From Sporopachydermia quercuum (taxonomy: Eukaryota): a DNA stretch of 64,000 nucleotides. The notes beneath the pieces were generated by a model. It made no database searches and had not been told where the DNA came from. It was given only the letters and a program-made list of their open reading frames with translations. The position numbers and the translations under genes were made by a program. Of the stretch, positions 11,277 to 21,302 are shown piece by piece; positions within the stretch are counted from its first letter, which is position 1; every line of letters starts with the position of its first letter. The stretch lies in the NCBI GenBank assembly GCA_001599295.1, contig BCGN01000001.1:1984001-2048000 (forward strand), in the 5' to 3' direction.

Positions 11277-12208
11277 AATAATGAATAGAATACCGTTTTC
11301 AATAGAATAGATTAAGCTGAATCTCGAACCAAAATTTACAAAAAAGAACAGAAGAAAAAAGCGAATTCTCTCAATGTAGAGTACAAAATCACTGGCATAG
11401 GATTATACTCACATGAATTCAAATAATATAAGGAGAACAACAGATGAATTGAAAATCACAGAATGCTGTTTAAGAAAAGCGGAGAATTTTCANTGCACTG
11501 CTGAATAAGATTAATGATTATGTCATATATAATAATTTGACCTCAAATCCACTCTGTAAGTGTAATATGCTAAGTGAGACATGGGGTTTTTGAATAAAGC
11601 GCAATCGCAATTGTAATTAGATACCAATTTCTATGAGAAGCTGAATGGATGGGAGGTGAGATGTAGAACATTGCATATAATATTAATAATAAGAGTGAGA
11701 ATAGGAATACTGATATGAGAAATGAAAAATGGCCTAGGTAAAACTTTGCCACATCTGTAACCATAAAAGTGGTAGATTTGTAGTTCTCTTCTCATCACCA
11801 CAACCTGCTCTACATCATGAAGACTAGCTAGTGCTATATTCCTCTACAAATAAGTATTGTATAGAAAATGGTCACTCACAAATTGATAGCCTTTCTTTTT
11901 AACTGTGAAAGTTGGATAATCAATACATAGTTGTAAGTAGCGATAGAGCAAACAAATTGAGAGCAGCCCTGAACCACTATGGCTCAATTAAAGGCAAACT
12001 AATAAAAGAACACATCTATAAAACAAAAGACATNATTAATACATGGAAAACGATAGTAAAAAGAAGATGAAAACGATGAATACAATTATAACTAGAAGAA
12101 CACTTAAACAAAGATGAAATTAATTAGAAGACTGAAGACTGTCTAAGTGATCTGACACAAAACTAGTAAGGCAAATGAAAAGCTCCTAAATAACCTGATA
12201 TAATTTCC

Positions 12209-13251
12209 CTATTTGAAAGCATTCTTTAACTTAGAAAAGAAACCTTTCTTCTTAGCCTGAAATGGTGCAGTGGTTGGGACAACTACAGCAGCAGGGGCAG
12301 TTTCTTTTTCACCTGGTGAAGACTTCTTCACTTCAGCGGTCTTAGCTTCGGACTTGACGGCAGTGGGAGCTACTGCCGCTTTGGTAGTAGAAGATTTGGT
12401 AGCAGCAGGCTTAGTCGTGGTTTTAGTAGGTTTAGTAGCGGCCTTGGGGGCACTCTTAGCAGCAGTAGCCTTAGCTTTGGTTTTCGGCTTTTCGGTTTCA
12501 GTGTTGAGAGATTTTGGATCGACCGTAGACACCTCCTTGAAAGCGGAAATTTCTTCCGGCTTTTCTGGAACAGCAATTGCTTCAGTACCAGGATTCAAAG
12601 ACTTAGGATCAACAGTGGAAACTTCGTTGAAAGCAGAAATTTCTTCTGGTTTGCTAGGAATGGCTAATCCTGGTTCCCCCAGAGTAGTTAAAGGTTTTTC
12701 TTCTTTAGGCATGACAGTCGTTTTCAAATCTTCACCATTAGTTTTAGATGAAGCAATTGCAGCGGAGGCTGTGGAAGAGATAGCACCAGCTGATTCAGGA
12801 ATAACAGAATCCGTAGATAAGTCGGCCTCTGTCAAAACGTTATTGACATTTCCATGTCCATCATCTTCAGTGTGTTGAGTTTCACTGTAGACCCAATTTC
12901 CATCAACAACGTACTGCAAAACAGTCAGTTAATAATTATCACATATTACGTAGGTCAAAACTTTTCTTCTTGGTTGAAAGGAGACAATTCTCAAAAGTTG
13001 ATAGCATTTTTGACTCAGTACTTACTTTGTAAAAGACTTTTTCTTTTCCTAAAGGAACGGTCGCGGAGAAGCTACCATCTGTTNCCTTAACTAAAGGAAT
13101 TGATTTTGACCAGTTATCAAAAGTTCCTGTAACAAAGACTTCAGAAGGTCCGGCAGGCCTATAATTTGTTAGTTTCATAATTGCCAGTATTTAATAGCAG
13201 CTGAATTGCATAATTCCCGAGCACTTACCATGTGAATGTAAATGTAGACAT
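12209..13251 (-). CDS. Mdg1/Crp1-like protein (N-terminal CBM48/AMPK-beta glycogen-binding domain, K/A/T-rich tail), 3 exons
   Basis: Exons 13251-13229, 13158-13026, 12913-12209 join to MSTFTFTWPAGPSEVFVTGTFDNWSK...FYKYVVDGNW...NVNNVL (CBM48), an internal 30-aa duplication and a KKKGFFSKLKNAFK amphipathic C-terminus. Confidence 0.85.
12503..12673 (-). repeat. Intragenic tandem duplication, period 90 nt (30 aa)
   Basis: KPEEISAFNEVSTVDPKSLN and KPEEISAFKEVSTVDPKSLN; for example GGATC recurs at 12516 and 12606. Confidence 0.85.
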
Positions 13252-15134
13252 ATTGCTTTAATCAATCAATCAAAAAAAAAAATATGCAAATCGAACAGAA
13301 ATCCTGGAATGTGAACCAATGGCTAATTAACCAAATACTGAAAGCTTGTCGATTACTTTTTGTTCTTCTGTTCTTTTGTTCTTTTTTAACACTTCGTTTA
13401 AGTGATACGATGTGCTTGAACAATTCAGTTATTAAGAATGTAACCACAGTAGCCAACAATACAATTGAAATCTTCTTGCTGATACAATCCAAAACTATCC
13501 AAAAAAGTTATCAATCAATAATGCCTTTTATCTTTAGTTCTAAGGATACAGGATTATACAAGATAAAGATTTTTATATTTGCATGAACGGCGAAGGTGTA
13601 GAAAGAAGAAGGAAAAAAGTTAGAACAGGAAGGAGAAGAAGGAATTGCGAGTTTGGTACGTAGCAGAAGAAGGAAGGTTTTGTACGTAATGAGAAAGGTG
13701 GTTGGTTAAAGCTTTTGGGGGCAGTAGAGAGACTTCTCCAGATAATCGATAAAGATGTTTTTCTGCTGTGCGCTATGGGTAATGGGAATGTTCACTAGTA
13801 GTAAAACAATATATAGTTTGTTTTTTTTTNTCATTTTATTTCAAATAAAGTGTATAGTTTTGTTTATTATCAAATAATAACATTGGGAAAATTATGGTGA
13901 ATTTAGTGAATTATTAATTGTGAAATTCGTTCTGTAATTCTGATGTAGGGTCCAGGTTCCTCTCAAAGGGTTGCATATGGTTGCATAAGAATGCAGAAAG
14001 TTCATTCATATATAAAGTTCGGTGGGGATAAAGTCTCATCTGTACAGATGAAGCGATTGAACGTGAGAGACAAAAGCAAAGAAAGGAAATAATAATTATA
14101 TTCCTGTTAGCAATAAAAATCTGAAAGTAACTAACTGNCTGTTTCTGTACTGGTCCTTGTGCTCCAAGTGGAATCAATTTCCCCCAATCGTCAGAGGTGA
14201 ATATTGAAGATACCTTCGTGGTATCTTCAATAGACTTGGGATGTCGTTATCTCACCAAACAAGACAACTCTCCAATTCGTCGCACATACTCGAGCCGGCC
14301 ACCAATTGTTTCATTCTAATATAATTAGCTTGTCTTATAAGAAGATTTTGATCATGACTCAATATCATCGATTCCTCAAACATATTCACACTTTCTTTCA
14401 CCAAATTCATTTATCCTTATAGAATTACCACGTACATCCCTTATCACGATTCCTTTTACAAATGCTTATCGATTCATTCCCATCTTTTCTCATGTACTGA
14501 TAATGTGACTAATTGTCTGTTACGTAAGCCAAAATTCGATGGCGCAAGATATATTACAAGGATGTGTTGTCCCCTTTTGGACAATGATCACGCATTACAC
14601 AGTAAAGTCACGAGGTTGAATAGTATGGGAACGATTATACTGAGGTAGAAAGACTTATAATAAAAGTGATGCCTTGCGATATTGCTTATAAAATATTGAA
14701 TATTGAATATTGAATCATACAAAATATAGTATTTAGTAAGATACTGATTATGGTGAGAATTGCAAGAATATTGAGATTTAGATAGTTTAGGATTCTTTAT
14801 ATATATTCATTGAATAGTATCAGGATACATTTGTTTCTAAGAAAAGATAATAAGGGAATCTTTTTAATCAGCGTTACTGGATTACTAGATTACTAGGGTA
14901 GTAGGTTAATAGAACAACGGTTGGCAAAAGAAAGAATGGGAAAGACAAGGAGAGGAGATAGGACAGATTAATCGAGTAAGAATAATATTTAATATTATCA
15001 GAAGCTAGTGGTATAATTGACTTTTAAAAAAGTTATAGTCTTAGAGAGCAACAAGTTACCTGTTTTACTATTATTGAGCAAACAGTTCTTTGACTTAAAG
15101 TCATATACAGCATATACATAGAGATTCACACATC

Positions 15135-15581
15135 ATGTCATTAAATAGACAGCAGGATAGTGCAGCAGGGTCAACGACGACGCTTGAAGTTCCAAGACAT
15201 AATGAACCCGTAGTGTCTGGTCAGTTGGATCTAACAGCCCGTCACACAAGGCCCACGAGACCGTCGGTGCATTGGCGAGAAGAAGTAATAGATAATGAGC
15301 ATATGAATAAAAAGAAATCAAAGATCTGTTGCATATTTCACAAGCAAAGGAATTTTGACGAATCAAGTAGTGAAGAGTCTTGTAGTGACTCTGACTCCTC
15401 TGATTCCTGTAGTTCAAATTCTTCTGGTTCTGATGGAGAAGGGACTCATGGACAAGGTCATGGAGATTGCAATCACAGCCATGGACCTTCAAATCAAGGG
15501 AAAAGGAAGAAAGTGGGGCAGAAAAGAAACAGTAAGCCCAATGCTTATGAGTACGATCCTAAGACAAAGAACAAAAACTGA
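15135..15581 (+). CDS. YPI1: Protein phosphatase 1 regulator Ypi1 (inhibitor-3)
   Basis: RVxW-type motif RPSVHW, then [20 protein letters not shown], an acidic Ser tract and C-terminal PNAYE. Confidence 0.95.
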   Translation: MSLNRQQDSAAGSTTTLEVPRHNEPVVSGQLDLTARHTRPTRPSVHWREEVIDNEHMNKKKSKICCIFHKQRNFDESSSEESCSDSDSSDSCSSNSSGSDGEGTHGQGHGDCNHSHGPSNQGKRKKVGQKRNSKPNAYEYDPKTKNKN

Positions 15582-16516
15582 GATAGTTTTGAGAGGCAAG
15601 AGGTTGTTTGGGAGAAGGCTGTCTATGTTGAGCTGTAGGATTCTGGGATAACTACAAGATATATGAAACTTTTCAATGTTTTCTGGATATATGGTTTGTT
15701 CGTTTTTTTATTCACAAAGATAATTCAAGGAAAGATTGTGGAAGCTTTGGCTATGAAAAGAATAAAGAGATGAGTTTGTATGGACAACTGAGCCGGTGAT
15801 TTTTCTTCTGAGAAACAACTTTGGACCAAAGCTTATTATCTTGTGGGCCCATTGTCCATTCAATCTGATTTCATATCATTGTTTTTATCACCATTATCGA
15901 GTCAAAAGTATCTACTATCTACTTAACATTGCGCTGTTCCGCCTACCCCATTTTCAACATTCAGCTCTATCCTCAATACCCAGATTTACGCAATGTGTAA
16001 CTATCATTTCATTGTTCAAAGTATCTTTGGAATGCCCCTTGAAGAGGCATGACACGTTCATAACAGATTGGTGATGTAGCAAATCTAATGTATATAACGT
16101 CCTTACCGATGAGAGTACAATTAAATATCATTAAAGTTACTATTATCACGGTTGTGAATCCCTTCGATAAAAAATAAAGTTTCTTTCAGGAGCCTGCTAA
16201 GTTCTACATCCAGGTGATATCTGTTGTCCTTTTGAATCTCCCATTCTTCCACATATCTCAGGTATTACCCTCTTCTGTCTTATGTCTCATTCTCATGTCA
16301 CACTTCGATCCTGTCAACACAAAAGTTTCACCATCCCAAATTTTCCCTTTTTCTTCAACGAACAGTTGAACAGGATCAGTCACCTAATCAACAGTTAAAT
16401 TGATTTCGCAGTCTCTTATCAGTTGGAGGTCTCAAAGTTTGAAACCAGAAGTCCTAGAAGGATATTAGTCANTACATTATCTAAGACATTCTAGTAACTA
16501 CAGGATCTGATCCAAA

Positions 16517-18382
16517 ATGCCTACCATTGCAGTTGACAAACGGGACCTGTACCAGTCCCTCGGCAGAACCTACACCACAGAGGAATTTGACGAATTGTGC
16601 TTCGAGTTCGGTATTGAACTAGATGAAGATACAGAAAATGATGATTTACCCGCTGGTGAACGTCCTCAATTGAAAATTGAGATTCCTGCCAACAGATATG
16701 ACATGTTATGTTTTGAAGGTATTTCAAGGGCCCTCAATATCTTTTTGGGAAGAAATGAAAGCTTACCCAAATACAAGCTCTCAGCTCAAAAAGAGCAACT
16801 TATTATTGAGTCATCAACAGAAAGTATTCGACCTTATGCTGCTGCCGCTATTTTGAGAAATATCACATTTACACCTAGAAGATATGAATCATTTATTGCC
16901 CTTCAAGACAAGTTGCATACGAATTTATGTCGTAACAGAACATTAGTTGCTATTGGCACTCATGATTTAGATACAATCAAGGGACCTTTCACTTATAAGG
17001 CTTTACCACCAAAGGAAATTTCATTCATACCATTGAACCAAACAAAGGAAATGAATGGTGAAGAATTGATGGAATTTTATGACTCTGATAAGAACTTGGG
17101 TAAATATCTCCATATCATTAGAGATTCTCCTGTTTACCCTGTTATCTATGACTCAGAAAGTAGAGTTTGTTCTTTACCACCAATTATCAATGGTGACCAT
17201 TCAAAGATATCTTTGAATACTAGAAATGTCTTAATCGAAGTGACAGCTACTGACAAGACAAAGGTCCAAATTGTTTTGAATCAAATGGTCGCTATGTTTT
17301 CAGAATACTGTGAAGAAGAATTTGTTGTAGAACCTGTTGAAGTCGTATCGTCGCATAATGGAGAAACCAGACTCACTCCTGATGTTTCTGACCGAGAAAT
17401 GTCAGCAGAAATTGACTATATCAATAGTTGTTTGGGTCTTAAATTATCCGGAAAAGAGATCCTTTCTTTACTCGAAAAATTGATGCTTACAGGAAACTTG
17501 AATGAAAAGAATCCAAACTTACTTGACGTTGCTATCCCTTGCACTCGTCCTGATATTCTCCATCAATGTGATATTATGGAAGATGCTGCAATTGGTTATG
17601 GTTTTAATAACCTTCAAAAAACCTTGGCAAAGTCTTCCAGTACTTTTGGTGATCCTTTACCTATCAACAAAATATCCGATATCTTGAGAAGAGAAACAGC
17701 AATGAGTGGTGGTTGGTTAGAAGTATTACCATTAATTTTATGTTCGCACGATGAAAATTTCAAATTCTTACAGCGGGAAGATAATAAAAACAATGTTATT
17801 CAATTAGCCAATCCAAAGACCGCTGAATATCAAGTTGTAAGAACTTCGTTACTTCCTGGTCTGCTGAAAACTATTAGAGAAAACAAAGATCATTCTCTAC
17901 CTATCAAAGTATTTGAATCTGCTGATATTGCATTCAAAGATGAATCTTTGGAGAGAAAATCTAAGAATCAAAGAAATTGGGCTGCTGTCTATGTCGGCAA
18001 AACTTCAGGTTTCGAAATTGTCAAAGGTCTACTTGATAGAATCATGAAAATGATGAGAGTTACCTATTTACCAGAGAACACTAATTTATCAGTACAAAAT
18101 GATGAGGAAAAAATTAAACAGAGTATTGCAAATTCTTTGAAACAATCAAATGTCAAGTCAAATAAGTTTTACTGGATTTCTGAAGATGCTGCTAATTCGA
18201 CATTTTTCCCTGGACGTTCAGCTAAGGTTTTCTACGCTACAGTTGATGTTTTGAATACAAGCAAGGTTACATTTTTGGGTGAAATTGGATCATTAGGTGT
18301 TATTCACCCAAATGTTATGAACAATTTTGAAATTCCTTTTGCTGGATCTTGCGTTGAGATCAATGCCGAAGTTTTCTTATAA
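16517..18382 (+). CDS. FRS1: Cytosolic phenylalanyl-tRNA synthetase beta subunit
   Basis: [83 protein letters not shown]. Confidence 0.97.
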   Translation: MPTIAVDKRDLYQSLGRTYTTEEFDELCFEFGIELDEDTENDDLPAGERPQLKIEIPANRYDMLCFEGISRALNIFLGRNESLPKYKLSAQKEQLIIESSTESIRPYAAAAILRNITFTPRRYESFIALQDKLHTNLCRNRTLVAIGTHDLDTIKGPFTYKALPPKEISFIPLNQTKEMNGEELMEFYDSDKNLGKYLHIIRDSPVYPVIYDSESRVCSLPPIINGDHSKISLNTRNVLIEVTATDKTKVQIVLNQMVAMFSEYCEEEFVVEPVEVVSSHNGETRLTPDVSDREMSAEIDYINSCLGLKLSGKEILSLLEKLMLTGNLNEKNPNLLDVAIPCTRPDILHQCDIMEDAAIGYGFNNLQKTLAKSSSTFGDPLPINKISDILRRETAMSGGWLEVLPLILCSHDENFKFLQREDNKNNVIQLANPKTAEYQVVRTSLLPGLLKTIRENKDHSLPIKVFESADIAFKDESLERKSKNQRNWAAVYVGKTSGFEIVKGLLDRIMKMMRVTYLPENTNLSVQNDEEKIKQSIANSLKQSNVKSNKFYWISEDAANSTFFPGRSAKVFYATVDVLNTSKVTFLGEIGSLGVIHPNVMNNFEIPFAGSCVEINAEVFL

Positions 18383-19610
18383 GATTTTATGAGAGATAAT
18401 GTTATATGAATAGAATGTGATATACTACATATTACGAGATCCTGAGATGTATATGACATGTTGGTACATTACTTTATATTGTCAATAGATTTTAATGCAA
18501 AATCAGTAGCTCAGTATATTATTAGTATTGGTTTTACTGTTGGTGTGTTGGGAGATTCAGATTGATTCAGATCAGTATCACTGCAATCATATCGCTATAC
18601 CAAATCAGCAAAAATTTTTACAAATAATTGAGTTGACTCCATTGTAGAGATATGATTGCAGGAAAAATGTTCGAACTCTCATTTCAAATATTTTACGTCC
18701 CGTCACTATCATTCCCCGGTGTTTGTAGTAAGAAAGGCATCAACTGAGTTGTCATTAGAGTACTTGACCACTGCAGCCTTCGTCTCACAGTGGTCCTATA
18801 GCAAATTCTAGAAATAGCACATCTACGAAAACATATAATTTACTGCCTATCGCACTTCGGCTATGTATTATTAATTATTTTTATTCGAGTCAAAGATTTT
18901 TCAACAACAATGAATTTATAAATTGAATCAACACTGTTGGCCTGATTATTGATCTGTCGGTGGTTCTGAAGAAATGTAAAATGAACAATGGTATGCATAA
19001 TTGTGCACCATCCTGCACCATTGGTTGTGAACTATTCTGAAAATTCTCTTATGGTTGTGTATATGAAAGTGTGTAAAAGTTGTATATTACAAACCTAGAC
19101 GAACAATATCTCAGAATTGTGAAGTCATAAGGCTCACAGGAGAACATGTTTTGGCTTACAAGAATGACACAGGAAAAATGAAGTTAGGTCTCATTTGGTT
19201 GGTTATCCTTTATGATGATTTTTAAGTATACAATGATAGTCGACTCATACCCGCCCGATCTCATCTTTCCACCTGCTTATACCTATTTATGTAATTGTAA
19301 GGTTGATGAAGGAGTTAGTAGTTCAATAATAAGTTTGATACGAAAAGAGAAAACTAAAAAAAATATGTTTTGGTTGTTAGGCAGTAGTCTATCTAAATGT
19401 GTTGCGTCTTTACTATGTTCTTCTTTCGTGGAATACCAAACATCCAGAAAGAAGAGGAAGAACCACGAATGACTGCTACAGTCACTATCGTTACTACTAT
19501 TGTTCTAACTATGGTTGATATATAAATCTATTATCATTTTTAATATACACATGGCTTAAAATGCAAAATACTCTATAGACGAACCGAATCCCCAAGCCAT
19601 TTTCCGAAAT

Positions 19611-21302
19611 TTAAGAAGAGTAATCAAACTGATGAGGTACGAATAAAGAGCGTGAATTTTGACGTTCAGTTGCAAAGTATTGACGATGTTCAGAATCAGC
19701 AGTTCCAACAGAGGTTGCTGATGAATCATCAGAAGCTCCTAGTGCTTCTTCTTGAGGATAGAATCTTTGCAATGACAAACTATTTACAGGATCATATGGT
19801 ACTTGATCAACTTGAAGGTATGATGGTGCGTCATATATACTCTCTGCTTCTGTTTGATATGAAATGTTAACTAGTGATGAAGATGACGTTGATGATGCCC
19901 CTGATGAATTGTCGTCTAATTCAGTTCCAGTTGTATAATAAACACTTGAATTGGAACTGTCAATGGAAGTAGGTGAAGGATAGACTAATGTGTCACATGA
20001 GTTCTCGTTTGGGTGTTTATTGTTGATTTTATCGTTATAGGGAGATTGGATAAATCTGTTTCCTTGAGAATAGGAAAATTCAGCTTCAGAATCAGTTTCT
20101 GGATATGGGTAACTACCCCTTGATAAGAAGTTTGATAAGATTCGTGAGTTCACTTCATCTGCTGATCTGCAGGGTGCTAAGGAATGAAAGGGTGCTGATG
20201 AAGCCTCAGAAAATCTCCCATTATTTGATGCTAGTGAGGGAGATGAATTGTTATTTGGTTGAGTTCCTGGGATGCTTTTCATATGGTTGTTGATGTTATT
20301 GTTGTTGATCATTGTAGTTAATCGTGTATAAACATCCGTGTTATCTTCAAAAGGGGGATAGGAATGTTGACTCTGTTCATATCGAGAGTATGTTTGTTGT
20401 TGCTGGGATTGAGATTGTGGTTGAGGGAGTAATTGTTGTGCTTGCTGCTCTTGGTGNACTTCTTGTACTTGCTGTAAATGATGCTGGAAGGTTTGAGTTG
20501 GTTGGGGACAATTTATATTTAATGCGTAACTGTTGGCATTGTATGAACTAGCTGGTTGCTGAACATATGTTTGCTGTGAGGGTTGGTACTTATTAGAATA
20601 GATGTGCTGTTGAGCAACGAAATCTTGCTCTGGTTGATAGTAAGTACTGATAATATTGTGATCAATAGACAATTCATTTGATCGTGGATTCGCTCGTGAT
20701 TGCAGAAATTGCGCATTCGACTCTCGCTTGATTTCTTGTTCTTTTCTAAATTGTTCTTCTTTTTCTAGTTGGAGTGAACGCTTGGTTACAATCAATGGTA
20801 AATTTAATTCAAAATCACTACCATTGTTGCCGGCTTTGACACATGCTCTGTAGTATTCTTTTGGGGTCATCTTTGTATAGTTTTTGAAAACTCTTAAAAA
20901 ATGCCATTTTGAGATTTTCATTTCCTTTGACAAGTAATCTAATGATAATAAAGGTTGGTGGTTTCTTGCTCTTTGTTTTAGAATATTACAGGCGGCAACA
21001 ACAATTGCTCTTTGTTTATTCCAACCTTCATCTTCAGGTTTGCAACGTTTACATGGCTTGTAGCCAGAGTTGATTGCTTCTTGAACATTTCTAAAGAATG
21101 CAATATTTGCTCTTAGACATAACTTAGAGGCACAAGTTGGTCGACAGACGATTGAAGTTGTGGATGCAGCATAAACGAATTTTCCTTCAGCTTGAGGATC
21201 TCTAATTTTGATAGCTTCCCACTTTTCGTCATCGGTATCAAATGAATGAGGTCGTGCGATTGGTGTGGGTGAGCTTGTTGAGCTCAAGTTGATCTGTGAC
21301 AT
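19611..21302 (-). CDS. Ada-like (methylphosphotriester alkyltransferase Zn domain + AraC HTH) regulator with long Q/N/S-rich tail
   Basis: DEKWEAIKIRDPQAEGKFVYAASTTSIVCRPTC...GYKPCKRCKP (four Ada Zn cysteines), then LSLDYLSKEMKISKWHFLRVFKNYTKMTPKEY (AraC HTH); the remaining ~400 aa are low complexity. Confidence 0.88.
   Translation of the reverse strand: MSQINLSSTSSPTPIARPHSFDTDDEKWEAIKIRDPQAEGKFVYAASTTSIVCRPTCASKLCLRANIAFFRNVQEAINSGYKPCKRCKPEDEGWNKQRAIVVAACNILKQRARNHQPLLSLDYLSKEMKISKWHFLRVFKNYTKMTPKEYYRACVKAGNNGSDFELNLPLIVTKRSLQLEKEEQFRKEQEIKRESNAQFLQSRANPRSNELSIDHNIISTYYQPEQDFVAQQHIYSNKYQPSQQTYVQQPASSYNANSYALNINCPQPTQTFQHHLQQVQEXHQEQQAQQLLPQPQSQSQQQQTYSRYEQSQHSYPPFEDNTDVYTRLTTMINNNNINNHMKSIPGTQPNNNSSPSLASNNGRFSEASSAPFHSLAPCRSADEVNSRILSNFLSRGSYPYPETDSEAEFSYSQGNRFIQSPYNDKINNKHPNENSCDTLVYPSPTSIDSSNSSVYYTTGTELDDNSSGASSTSSSSLVNISYQTEAESIYDAPSYLQVDQVPYDPVNSLSLQRFYPQEEALGASDDSSATSVGTADSEHRQYFATERQNSRSLFVPHQFDYSS

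Noticed and set aside
12270..12878. 202-aa plus-strand ORF, and similar antisense ORFs at 31188-31595, 33700-34233 and 50146-50739
   Set aside because: Each lies opposite a well-supported gene; they are antisense shadows of biased or low-complexity codons with no motifs.
14692..14714. (AATATTG)x3 short tandem repeat
   Set aside because: Ordinary slippage in AT-rich intergenic DNA; no spacer structure, so not CRISPR-like.
19212..19300. ATGATGA C-box-like motif
   Set aside because: No D box (CTGA) at a suitable distance and no terminal stem.
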